From NCBI GenBank assembly GCA_043811915.1, contig JBDRMS010000004.1, positions 1 to 45,745 of the forward strand: DNA of 45,745 bases, given 5' to 3'. The notes beneath the pieces are model-generated. The model ran no database searches. It saw only the letters and a program-made list of their open reading frames with translations, and was not told the origin of the DNA. Source of the stretch: a bacterium. GTDB taxonomy: Bacteria; Patescibacteriota; Andersenbacteria; UBA10190. Of this stretch, positions 9,456 to 18,352 are shown in pieces. Within the stretch, counting starts at the first letter, position 1. Each line of letters starts with the position of its first letter. The translations under genes and the position numbers were made by a program.

Positions 9456-9521
9456 GCTTCCTTATTGGGGGTTTTGCTCAAAAAAAGTTCGAACATCAAT
9501 CAAAAAACACCGCGTTGGGTT

Positions 9522-9575
9522 CACCCCAGCACCACGTTGGGTGCGGGGTGCCCTGGACCCCACGTGGTTCAGGGC
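9522..9575. repeat. Two abutting REP-like palindromes
   Basis: CACCCC(A)GCACC-ACGTTG-GGTGCGGGGTG followed by GCCCTGGACC-CCACGT-GGTTCAGGGC. Confidence 0.65.
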
Positions 9576-9632
9576 AAATCCCTCTCCCACTGCTGCTTGT
9601 GTTTTGACGGCTGGGTTTGCTATAGTCCAGGA

Positions 9633-10055
9633 ATGACTAAGACAATGACAAAGGAGGAGGTTATATCGCAGCCAGATATGCTGGCGGACGACGAGCGGGG
9701 GATAATTGAAAGGTTGGGGGAAGGGCCATGGCAGTCGGTGCTGCACATTACATCCAAGGCAGGTACGGTGAGGGCTAATCATTATCATAAGCATGACTCA
9801 CATTTGTGCTTTTTAGCTAAAGGCAAGGTGCGATATGTACATCGTCCCGCGAATGACGAGAAAGCGCCCTTGCAGGAAGAAATCATTGAAGCCGGACAAC
9901 TATTTTATACACCGCCCATGGTGGCGCACGCCATGCACTTCCTGGAAGATTCGGTTTTTTACGCGCTGACGCCGCGATCGGGTGAGCAGGGTGATTATGA
10001 GAATGACATTGAGCGGGTGGAGATGGTTTCTCCACAAGAAGCAGCCAAGATTTGA
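9633..10055 (+). CDS. Cupin-fold NDP-sugar epimerase/isomerase (RmlC/WxcM-like)
   Basis: DERG, VRANHYHK, PPMVAHAM cupin motifs; true start ATG 9633, downstream of TGCTATAGT. Confidence 0.75.
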   Translation: MTKTMTKEEVISQPDMLADDERGIIERLGEGPWQSVLHITSKAGTVRANHYHKHDSHLCFLAKGKVRYVHRPANDEKAPLQEEIIEAGQLFYTPPMVAHAMHFLEDSVFYALTPRSGEQGDYENDIERVEMVSPQEAAKI

Positions 10056-10059
10056 AGAT

Positions 10060-11337
10060 ATGGCGGAGCAGGCGGTGGGAGTATGGGAAGCTGCAGGTGT
10101 GGTGGTGAGGACTCGCGACGACTGCCGCATGTGCGGCAGCGAGAGCCTAGTTAAAATATGGTCTTTTGGTGAGACACCGCTGGCGAATTCTTATGTATAC
10201 CCCAGTAAAGCAAGCCAAACAGAGCCAAAAGCGCCGCTGAATGTATATTATTGCCAAGATTGCCATCTGGTTCAGCTCCGGGATGTGGTTGACCCCGATA
10301 TCATGTTTACCAACTATTTGTATGTCTCTTCTACTTCACCGACTTTTGTGAAGCACTTTGAGGATTATGCGCATCATTTAATTGACCGTTTTAAGTTGGA
10401 TGAAAAATCGTTAGTGGTTGATGTGGGCAGTAATGATGGAATCTTGCTCAAACCATTGCAGGAAAAGGGAGTACAAGTATTGGGAATTGATCCAGCTGAA
10501 AACGTGGCAGCTATAGCAAATGAGAAGGGTATTGAAACATTGGCTGAATATTTTACCCCAGAGATGGCGGTGGGAATTGCCCAGGAAAGAAGCAAAGCGA
10601 CAGTTATCGCGGCGAACAATGTTTTTGCTCACACAGATGATGTAGACATTTTTGTTGAAGCTGTAAAGCAGTTATTGCTTCCGGAGGGCGCATTTGTGTT
10701 CGAGGTGCAGTACCTGGGTGATTTAATGGCAAAAAATCTATTTGATATCGTGTACCACGAACATGTGTGCTACTACAGCGTACATCCGCTGATTAAGTTT
10801 TTTGCTAAACACGATATGGAGGTATTTGACGTGGAGAGGCCGACCGTGCACGGCGGTTCTCTGAGGGTTTTTGTGCAGTTTAGGAATGGCCCGCACGACC
10901 GATCGAAAAACTTAGACCGCATACTGGAAGAGGAAGAGAGACAGGGCCTCACGGGAGTTGAGGCGTATGACAAGTTTGCGGAGAGAATAGCGGATAATAA
11001 AAAGAAGTTGCTGGCAATGCTGCAGGACATCAAGAAAGAGGGTAAGAGGATTGTCGGTTATGGGGCGCCGGCTAAAGCGACGACGTTGTGCTACACGTTT
11101 GGTATTGATGGAAAAGTGCTGGATTATATAGTGGATGACGCTGAAATGAAGCAGGGCTTGTTGATGCCGGGGACGCATATTCCGATTGTGGGGCCGGGGG
11201 CGCTGTATGGTGGTAAACCGGATTACTGTCTTATTCTGGCGTGGAATTTTGCGGGGCCGATTATGGAAAATCATAAGCGTTTTGCAGAACGGGGTGGGAG
11301 GTTTATCATTCCCGTACCAGAGCCAAAAATTGTGTAA
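10060..11337 (+). CDS. NDP-sugar C-methyltransferase (TcaB9/TylC3/NovU-like)
   Basis: Zn ligands CRMC...CQDC, VDVGSNDG SAM motif, DIVYHEH, HGGSLR, YGAPAKA, AWNF. Confidence 0.88.
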   Translation: MAEQAVGVWEAAGVVVRTRDDCRMCGSESLVKIWSFGETPLANSYVYPSKASQTEPKAPLNVYYCQDCHLVQLRDVVDPDIMFTNYLYVSSTSPTFVKHFEDYAHHLIDRFKLDEKSLVVDVGSNDGILLKPLQEKGVQVLGIDPAENVAAIANEKGIETLAEYFTPEMAVGIAQERSKATVIAANNVFAHTDDVDIFVEAVKQLLLPEGAFVFEVQYLGDLMAKNLFDIVYHEHVCYYSVHPLIKFFAKHDMEVFDVERPTVHGGSLRVFVQFRNGPHDRSKNLDRILEEEERQGLTGVEAYDKFAERIADNKKKLLAMLQDIKKEGKRIVGYGAPAKATTLCYTFGIDGKVLDYIVDDAEMKQGLLMPGTHIPIVGPGALYGGKPDYCLILAWNFAGPIMENHKRFAERGGRFIIPVPEPKIV

Positions 11338-11340
11338 TTT

Positions 11341-12447
11341 ATGCAGCAGTTAGTACAAGAGGACATCGTAACTATTGCCCGAGGAATTAACCGGGAGGCA
11401 AGCAAGCTGGATGGAAAAACAATATTGATAAGCGGAGGGGCTGGTTTTTTGGGGAAATACTTTTTGGGGGTTTTCGATTACTTAAACAAGTATGTGCTGG
11501 ATGAGCCGTGCCGGGTTATATCAGTCGACAACTTTATCACCGGCGACCCGGCCTACGCTGAAGCTTCGGCGGGCAAGCCGATGTTTGACCCACGATATAT
11601 TATCAATGTCTGGGGGGACGTGACGTACCCACTGCCGGTGCGAGAGGATATTGACTACATTATTCACGCGGCAGGACTGGCGTCGCCCGTTTACTATATG
11701 AAGTATCCGCTGGAGACTATTGAGAGCGCGGTGACGGGGGCTAAAAACCTGTTGGAGTTGGCTAGAAAAAATAACATTGAAGGGTTTTTGTTTTTTAGTT
11801 CCAGTGAAATTTATGGTGATCCTGATCCGCGGTCGGTGCCGACGCCGGAGACTTACCACGGCAATGTTTCCAGCGTGGGACCGCGGGCATGTTATGACGA
11901 ATCTAAAAGGCTGACGGAAACGGTGTGTACCATATACCAGCAAAAGTACGGCACACCGGTTAAAATAGTACGTCCATTTAATGTGTTCGGGCCGGGGATG
12001 AAGCATGATGACCGGCGAGTGGTCCCGATGTTCACCTACCAATTGTTGGGTGGCCAGACATTGCCGGTGCACGGGGATGGTCACCAGACAAGAACGTTCT
12101 GTTACATCACAGATGCGATGATTGGCTTTCTGAAGGTGCTGTTGGTCGGGAGAGCGGGCGAAGCCTATAACATAGGAAATGACGATAATGAGATATCGAT
12201 GCGTGATTTGGCACAGATTTTTGTTGATACGGTGGGAAAGGGAGCGAATTATAAGCTTATTCCATATCCGGACAATTACCCGGCAGGGGAGCCACAGAGA
12301 CGGTGTCCTGATCTGACGAAAGCACGGGATGAGTTAGGGTTTGTTCCTCAAGTTAACTTTAAGGATGGTTTGGATAGGTTTATTGTTTGGTGTCGGACAC
12401 AGGAAGCTTATGTTGGTACCGGTGTAGTTGCAGCAAAAGAGAGATGA
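11341..12447 (+). CDS. NAD-dependent epimerase/dehydratase, UDP-glucuronate decarboxylase-like
   Basis: GGAGFLG, ASPVYY, SSSEIYGDP, GPRACYDESKR, GDGHQTRTFCY, PQRRCPD. Confidence 0.85.
   Translation: MQQLVQEDIVTIARGINREASKLDGKTILISGGAGFLGKYFLGVFDYLNKYVLDEPCRVISVDNFITGDPAYAEASAGKPMFDPRYIINVWGDVTYPLPVREDIDYIIHAAGLASPVYYMKYPLETIESAVTGAKNLLELARKNNIEGFLFFSSSEIYGDPDPRSVPTPETYHGNVSSVGPRACYDESKRLTETVCTIYQQKYGTPVKIVRPFNVFGPGMKHDDRRVVPMFTYQLLGGQTLPVHGDGHQTRTFCYITDAMIGFLKVLLVGRAGEAYNIGNDDNEISMRDLAQIFVDTVGKGANYKLIPYPDNYPAGEPQRRCPDLTKARDELGFVPQVNFKDGLDRFIVWCRTQEAYVGTGVVAAKER
11548..11579 (+). repeat. Palindromic repeat copy 1 (in frame in the epimerase gene)
   Basis: CCGGCCTACGCTGAAGCTTCGGCGGGCAAGCC, translated PAYAEASAGKP. 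Confidence 0.85.
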
Positions 12448-13316
12448 TTAGGTTTGGCCTCATCGGCGTTGGCCGGTGGGGAACAAATATATTGAACACG
12501 CTGAAGGAAATAAAGGGGGTAGAAGTTGTCGTTGATTCGGGTGATGGTGTAGACGGTGTTATCGTGGCAACGCCGGGATCTACGCATGCTGAAGTGGCAA
12601 TGCCGTACGTGGAGGCCGGAGTGCCGACTTTTATTGAGAAGCCGATGACAACGAGCTTGAAAGATGCCAAGCGGATCAAGCGGGCAGCGAAGAGTATTGT
12701 CATGGTCGGACATTTGCATTTGTATAATCCATCTTTTTTAAAGGTCAAAGAGCTGGCTGGTAAGATTGGCAAAATTTGCATGATCAGTTTTGAGGGCATG
12801 AATGACGGGCCGGTGCGGAATGACATGTCGGCGCTGTGGGATTGGGGGCCGCACGGGGTAAGCATGATGGTTGATTTGCTGGGCAAGGCACCTCGAGAAG
12901 CGCAGGCCTGGGGGCACACTTGGCTGAAACCGGGAACAAAAGTTTACGACGCGGCGGAGGTCAAGCTGATTTTTCCAGGCAATGTTGAGGGGATGTTATC
13001 CGTGAACTGGCTGGCGCCGGAAAAACGAGTCAAGTTGACCATGATCGGGTCGAAAGGATCCGTTATTTGGGATGACGCTAGTAACAAGAAAGTGGCTTTA
13101 CATAGGGGAGACAAACTGACTCATCCGCGCTATGGAAAACAGCGGCCTTTGAAGCTGGAGCTAGAGGCTTTTATTGAGGCTATCAAGATGAAAAAACAGC
13201 CTTTGGCGGATGTAAATAATGGATTGGCAGTGGTCAAAATTCTGTCCGCCGCCGAAAAATCAATTACCCTGGACGGGAAGCGTGTTACTATGGACAAATC
13301 GGGGGGAGGAGAGTAG
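12444..13316 (+). CDS. Gfo/Idh/MocA-family oxidoreductase
   Basis: GLIGVGRWG, ATPGSTH, FIEKPM, MVGH, WDWGPH; ATG 12444 overlaps the upstream TGA. Confidence 0.88.
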   Translation: MIRFGLIGVGRWGTNILNTLKEIKGVEVVVDSGDGVDGVIVATPGSTHAEVAMPYVEAGVPTFIEKPMTTSLKDAKRIKRAAKSIVMVGHLHLYNPSFLKVKELAGKIGKICMISFEGMNDGPVRNDMSALWDWGPHGVSMMVDLLGKAPREAQAWGHTWLKPGTKVYDAAEVKLIFPGNVEGMLSVNWLAPEKRVKLTMIGSKGSVIWDDASNKKVALHRGDKLTHPRYGKQRPLKLELEAFIEAIKMKKQPLADVNNGLAVVKILSAAEKSITLDGKRVTMDKSGGGE

Positions 13317-13328
13317 TATTTATTCCTT

Positions 13329-15275
13329 ATGAAGACACGCATGCGAGAAAAGAATACAGTCAAAATTGTTGATGTGCTCAAAGATCTTGGTTTATCTGAA
13401 GCGAAATTGCATCATATTCTACGGGAAGTGAACGTACGTCTGGGAGAGGGACAAAAAAATCTGGATCGGCAGGAAATAGCCCGAGTGCGCCAGTATTTGA
13501 ACGAGAAGCGACGGCGTGAAGAACTGAAGCGGCAGGTTATTGCGATCCCCTCTATTATTAAGGTTCAGGACCTGGCTGGAGTGCTGGAGTTGCCGGTGGG
13601 AGAGGTGCTATCACAACTATTGAAAAGTGGCGTTATGGCAACCCTGAATGATGATCTGGATTACGATACAGCGGCGATTGTATCGGCTGATTTGGGCTAT
13701 ATCACGGAAGAAAGAGTGGAAGATTTGGAAAAAGATGTGCTGACTGGTGAAAAACTGGATGAGATATTAAAAAAGGAAGATGCCAAGAAGCAGAAAGACC
13801 GACCACCGATAGTAACAATAATGGGACATGTGGACCACGGCAAAACGACGCTACTCGACTCTATCCGCTCGACTAATGTGGCTTCAGGAGAAGCGGGCGG
13901 CATTACCCAGGCCATTAGCAGTTACCAGGTTAAACACAAGAATCGTTTGATTACTTTTATTGATACTCCGGGACATGAGACATTTGAATTTATGCGTAAG
14001 CGAGGGGCATCACTGGCTGACGTGGCTATACTAGTTGTGGCAGCGGACGATGGGGTGAAGCCGCAAACAAAGGAGGCGGCCCGCTATGCCCGTGAGGCTG
14101 ATGTACCGATAGTGGTGGCGCTGAATAAGATAGACAAGGAAGGAGTTAATACTGACAAAGTAAAAAAGGAACTGGCAGAGATTGATTTAAACCCGGAAGA
14201 GTGGGGGGGGAAGACGGTAGTAGTACCAATTTCAGCACTGAAGAAGCAGGGTATTGATGAGCTATTAGAGATGGTCTTGCTGACGGCTGATATAAACCCG
14301 CCTAAGGCTATAGAGGATAGAGCAGCACTAGGGAGCGTGGTGGAGAGCAGACTGGATAAAAATATGGGGCCACTCGCCGCAGTATTGATTCACACTGGCA
14401 CACTCAAGACAGGAGATGACATAGTAATCGGACGGGCGGCCGGGAGAGTGCGCCGAATGTTAGACTTTCAGGGCAAACCAGTGCAACAGGCTCTGCCCTC
14501 TACGCCTGTAACAATTATTGGTTTAAACGAAGTGCCGGCGGCAGGGGATGTTCTACAGGTAGTCGAGGCCAAAGAAGAGGCTCAAACGAAAGCGGGTAAA
14601 AGCCGGGCGCCCGTAAAAAAGGCGGGAAGCGGAGAAGAAGATGAGCGGCAGGTGCTGGCCCTGGTTATAAAGGCTGACTCCAAAGGTTCTTTGGAAGCCT
14701 TGGAACAAACAATTACGGCCATGGTGCCGCCGGAGGTGCGTTTGTCTATTATTCGTTCAGACGCCGGCACGGTGTCGGATTCAGATGTACTAACGGCGGC
14801 GGCGGCAGAAGCTATAATCTACACTTTCAATACTAACGTGGGAGGGATGTCGCGTAAACTGGCAGAAAAAGAACAGGTGTCGATAAAGTCTTTTGATGTT
14901 ATCTATAGTTTGTCAGAGGACGTGCGGAGTGAGATTGAGAAGCGCTTGCCGGTGAAAATTGTACACCATGATTTGGGTAAGCTTAAAGTGTTGAAAGTTT
15001 TCTTCTCGACGCCAAAACGGAAGATTATAGGGGGGGAGTTGTCCGAGGGTACGGCTGAAACGGGAGCTAAAATTATCACCTGGAGGAAAGATGGCCGTGA
15101 CAGAATTGAAATTGGCCGGGGTGAGATTGTGGAAATGCAGCGGGAGAGACAGAAAATTACTCATGCACAACAAGGGGACCAGATTGGTATAACTTTTGAA
15201 GGAAAAGGCAAAATCAAGGAAGGTGACGTGCTGGAAATATATCGAGAGGATAAGGTGTCAAAGAAACTTGAGTAA
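13329..15275 (+). CDS. infB: Translation initiation factor IF-2
   Basis: [35 protein letters not shown]. Confidence 0.97.
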   Translation: MKTRMREKNTVKIVDVLKDLGLSEAKLHHILREVNVRLGEGQKNLDRQEIARVRQYLNEKRRREELKRQVIAIPSIIKVQDLAGVLELPVGEVLSQLLKSGVMATLNDDLDYDTAAIVSADLGYITEERVEDLEKDVLTGEKLDEILKKEDAKKQKDRPPIVTIMGHVDHGKTTLLDSIRSTNVASGEAGGITQAISSYQVKHKNRLITFIDTPGHETFEFMRKRGASLADVAILVVAADDGVKPQTKEAARYAREADVPIVVALNKIDKEGVNTDKVKKELAEIDLNPEEWGGKTVVVPISALKKQGIDELLEMVLLTADINPPKAIEDRAALGSVVESRLDKNMGPLAAVLIHTGTLKTGDDIVIGRAAGRVRRMLDFQGKPVQQALPSTPVTIIGLNEVPAAGDVLQVVEAKEEAQTKAGKSRAPVKKAGSGEEDERQVLALVIKADSKGSLEALEQTITAMVPPEVRLSIIRSDAGTVSDSDVLTAAAAEAIIYTFNTNVGGMSRKLAEKEQVSIKSFDVIYSLSEDVRSEIEKRLPVKIVHHDLGKLKVLKVFFSTPKRKIIGGELSEGTAETGAKIITWRKDGRDRIEIGRGEIVEMQRERQKITHAQQGDQIGITFEGKGKIKEGDVLEIYREDKVSKKLE

Positions 15276-15281
15276 ATAAGT

Positions 15282-15614
15282 ATGTCGCGTCGTATTGATC
15301 GGGTGAACAAGCATATTCAGCGTACTTTTGGCGAGATTTTGCAGACGGAGGCTGATTTGCCCAAGGAGGTTTTAGTAACCGTGTCAGGGGTTGAGACAAC
15401 TCATAATTTACGATCAGCAACAGTGTGGCTGTCGGTGTTGCCGGGCGAAGCCGCAGAAATAACTTTGCAGGGTTTAAAAAAGCAGATGTATGAGCTACAA
15501 GGGTCGCTAAATCGGCAATTAAAACTTAAAATACTGCCGCGTATTTATCTTAAAATTGACAAAGGAGCAGCATATGCAGAAAAAATTAACCGAGAACTCA
15601 ACAACCTTGCTTAA
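15282..15614 (+). CDS. rbfA: Ribosome-binding factor A
   Basis: RRIDRVN...VTVSGVETTHNLRSATVWLS...LKILPRIYLKID; follows infB. Confidence 0.9.
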   Translation: MSRRIDRVNKHIQRTFGEILQTEADLPKEVLVTVSGVETTHNLRSATVWLSVLPGEAAEITLQGLKKQMYELQGSLNRQLKLKILPRIYLKIDKGAAYAEKINRELNNLA

Positions 15615-16578
15615 GGGATACGAGGAGACGGTAGAGACAGTCCATGACGTGCTCAAGCGCGCTAACAGCGTGTTGATTGGTACGCATGAACACCCGGATG
15701 GTGATGCGGTGGGTTCAACTTTAGCGCTAATGACGGCTTTGCGTATACAAGGCAAACGAGTGACAATTTTTATTCCTGACCCGGCGCCAGAACTGTTCGC
15801 CTTTTTGCCTGGATTTGAAGAGTTAACGTGTAAAAAGCCGGATGTTTCTTTGTATGACGCGGTGGTACTGCTTGATTACACAAAACTTTACCGCACGCAT
15901 TTAGCTGAAGAGGTAAACAAGCATAAATGTACCGTGTGCATTGATCATCACCACAGCAATGTCGGGGAGGCACAGATTAACTTGGTAGTGCCGGAGGCGG
16001 CGGCGACGACTCATATACTGGTGTCCTTCTTTGAAGAAACAGGAACCCCAATTACTAATGACATGGCTACGTGTCTCCTGACAGGTATTTTCACTGATAC
16101 GGGTTCTTTTATACATGACTCAACGACGCCGGAGATATTAAAGGTAGCCTCAATGTTGATGAAGAAAGGAGCACGATTGTCTCATATTGCCCATGAGACG
16201 TACCAGAAGAAAGCTTTGCCGGGGCTGCGCATTTGGGGTAAAGCGCTGTCGCGGGTAGTGGTAAATGAAGATACCGGAGCGGCAACTTCTGTTATTACTC
16301 TGCAAGACCTGGAGGAGTGCGGGGCCACCTTGGATGATTTGTCTGGGGTGGTTAATATGCTTAACACTTTGTCGAACACTAAATTTGCTCTTTTGTTAAC
16401 GGAGTATCGTCCGGGTGTGGTAAAGGGGAGTTTGCGTTCCGAGCCACACAAAGATGTTGATGTTAGTTTAATAGCACAGAAGCTGGGTGGAGGAGGGCAC
16501 AAACTGGCGGCTGGTTTCGAGGTGTCGGGACACTTGCTGCAACGAGGAGATAAGTGGAGAATAGAGAGAGTTAAATGA
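15607..16578 (+). CDS. nrnA: DHH/DHHA1 phosphoesterase (NrnA-like nanoRNase/pAp phosphatase)
   Basis: HEHPDGDAVGS, IDHH, GIFTDTGSF, GGGGHKLAAG; start uncertain (TTG 15607 chosen). Confidence 0.85.
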   Translation: MLKGYEETVETVHDVLKRANSVLIGTHEHPDGDAVGSTLALMTALRIQGKRVTIFIPDPAPELFAFLPGFEELTCKKPDVSLYDAVVLLDYTKLYRTHLAEEVNKHKCTVCIDHHHSNVGEAQINLVVPEAAATTHILVSFFEETGTPITNDMATCLLTGIFTDTGSFIHDSTTPEILKVASMLMKKGARLSHIAHETYQKKALPGLRIWGKALSRVVVNEDTGAATSVITLQDLEECGATLDDLSGVVNMLNTLSNTKFALLLTEYRPGVVKGSLRSEPHKDVDVSLIAQKLGGGGHKLAAGFEVSGHLLQRGDKWRIERVK

Positions 16579-16608
16579 CCAATAACTAATTTCCAATGAC
16601 CAATAAAT
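16574..16608 (+). repeat. Degenerate heptamer array spanning nrnA stop and ymdB start
   Basis: AATGACC AATAACT AATTTCC AATGACC AATAAAT. Confidence 0.7.
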
Positions 16609-17402
16609 TGCGTTTTTTGATTTTGGGGGATGTGGTTGGCCGGCCGGGACGGGAGGTAGTGAGCCGGGCATTGCCGGAATTGAGAGAAGCGTATAAGCCG
16701 GATGGTTTAATTGTGAATGTGGAAAATATTTCTCATGGGGTGGGAATTACAGCTAGTACTTTTTCTGAAGTGGAGGGCTGGCAGGCAGACGTGTACACCT
16801 TGGGAGACCATGCCTGGGATAGCAAGCAAGGTTTTGACGTATTGGAGGATGGCAGCAAATCAATTATCAGACCAGCTAATTACCCAAGAGGGGTGCCGGG
16901 ACGAGGGTATCATATTTTTTCAAGCGGGGCTTACCAAATAGCGGTGATTAATTTGCAGGGGCAAGTATTTTTCCGGAACCAACCCCTTAATCCTTTTCAT
17001 GTGTTGGATGAATTACTGGTCAAGCCGGAGATAGCAGCGGCGGATGTTAAGTTGGTTGATTTTCATGCGGAGGCGACAAGCGAGAAAAGGGGGCTAGGTT
17101 GGCACGCTGATGGGCGAGTGACGGCTGTTTGGGGTACGCATACTCACGTACCGACGGCAGATGCACAGGTATTGCCGGAGGGAACTGGATATATCACGGA
17201 TATTGGCATGTGTGGCAACTATAATTCTATTATTGGAGTTGACAAGAAAGGTCCTTTGAAAAGCTTTCTAACTCAAATGAAAATGTCCATAACTCTTGAC
17301 GACGTGGGTCCGTTGGAGGTAGGCGGGGTATTGCTGGAGGTTGATCCGGCTACAGGAAAAACAATAAGTATTGCGCAGATTAGAAAAATACTGAATAATT
17401 AG
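16596..17402 (+). CDS. ymdB: YmdB-family metallophosphoesterase
   Basis: GDVVGRPG, NVEN, RPANYP, VDFHAEATSEK, GTHTHVPTAD. Confidence 0.92.
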   Translation: MTNKLRFLILGDVVGRPGREVVSRALPELREAYKPDGLIVNVENISHGVGITASTFSEVEGWQADVYTLGDHAWDSKQGFDVLEDGSKSIIRPANYPRGVPGRGYHIFSSGAYQIAVINLQGQVFFRNQPLNPFHVLDELLVKPEIAAADVKLVDFHAEATSEKRGLGWHADGRVTAVWGTHTHVPTADAQVLPEGTGYITDIGMCGNYNSIIGVDKKGPLKSFLTQMKMSITLDDVGPLEVGGVLLEVDPATGKTISIAQIRKILNN

Positions 17403-17441
17403 CTTTATTAAGCATAAAGAAAAGAGCGGAGGTGATGGTGT

Positions 17442-17717
17442 GTGATTAATAAGGATGCTCTTATTGACCAGGTAACAAACGTTACCCGGATGCCGCGTAA
17501 GGACGTGAGTGAGATTATTAATGTTTTTCTTGAGTTGTTGATCGAAAAATTGTCTTTGGACGAGAAGGTTAACCTGACTGGTTTCGGCGCTTTTGAGGTG
17601 AAAGATAGAAAGGGCCGAAGAGGAGTTGATCCTAGAACACTCAAGGAGATAGTGATTCCAACAGTGCGAGTGGCTAAGTTTCGCCCAGGCAGAACGTTAA
17701 AAGAGAGTGTTAAGTAG
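17442..17717 (+). CDS. hup: DNA-binding protein HU
   Basis: NKDALI, VNLTGFGAFEV, GVDPRT, FRPGRTLKE. Confidence 0.93.
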   Translation: MINKDALIDQVTNVTRMPRKDVSEIINVFLELLIEKLSLDEKVNLTGFGAFEVKDRKGRRGVDPRTLKEIVIPTVRVAKFRPGRTLKESVK

Positions 17718-17733
17718 TGCCTCACTGCTAGTA

Positions 17734-17804
17734 CGGGGTGTAGTGTAGTGGTAGCACGAGTCCTTTGGGAGGATTTAGCTCGAGTTCGAATCTCGGCACC
17801 CCGA
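17734..17804 (+). tRNA. tRNA-Pro(UGG)
   Basis: Acceptor CGGGGTG/CACCCCG, arm AGTCC-TTTGGGA-GGATT, GTTCGAA. Confidence 0.95.
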
Positions 17805-17836
17805 CCCGCCTACGCCAAGGCTTCGGCGGGCAAGCC
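17805..17836 (+). repeat. Palindromic repeat copy 2 (tRNA-Pro/tRNA-Gly spacer)
   Basis: CCCGCCTACGCCAAGGCTTCGGCGGGCAAGCC. Confidence 0.85.
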
Positions 17837-17840
17837 TTAT

Positions 17841-17911
17841 GCGAGTGTCGTATAGTGGTAATACCGCAGCTTTCCAAGCTGCTGCCAGGGGTTCGATTCC
17901 CCTCACTCGCT
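17841..17911 (+). tRNA. tRNA-Gly(UCC)
   Basis: Acceptor GCGAGTG/CACTCGC, arm GCAGC-TTTCCAA-GCTGC, U73. Confidence 0.95.
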
Positions 17912-17935
17912 CTAACCGTGTGATATAATCCTTCC

Positions 17936-18352
17936 ATGAAATATGGGCGGTATGGTTGGTCGTATTTTTTTCTGCGGTTCGGATTGGGCCTTACTTTTTT
18001 GTGGATCGGAGTAGATATACTGCGACACGGAGATGTTTGGATTGGTTATGCGCTGACTAATGCGCCGCTGGGACTGTCACGTGATTCAGTTTTGGAACTA
18101 GCCGGATTTTTGGATGTGGTACTGGGACTTGGGTTGTTGTTGCGAGTAGTGCCAAAACTAATGAGCGGCCTGGCAGTAATACACCTGTTGATTGTTATTG
18201 CGATGCACGGTGTTGATGCCACGCTGGTCCGCGATGTGGGCTTGTTGGGGGCGGCGCTGGCGCTACTGCTTTGGCCAACGCATTATCATACAAAGAAAGG
18301 CTGGCGACAAAGAATTTTTCGAAGGGGCGGCTACTCGAGCCGTGAAGACTAG
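17936..18352 (+). CDS. DoxX-like membrane protein
   Basis: FLRFGLGLTFLWIG...W, VRDVGLLGAALAL; 4 TM segments. Confidence 0.7.
   Translation: MKYGRYGWSYFFLRFGLGLTFLWIGVDILRHGDVWIGYALTNAPLGLSRDSVLELAGFLDVVLGLGLLLRVVPKLMSGLAVIHLLIVIAMHGVDATLVRDVGLLGAALALLLWPTHYHTKKGWRQRIFRRGGYSSRED

Noticed and set aside
9282-9632. 117-aa N-terminal extension of the cupin ORF and overlapping ORFs 9290-9499, 9394-9636, 9425-9607
   Set aside because: They read through inverted repeats; the cupin domain and a -10 box point to ATG 9633
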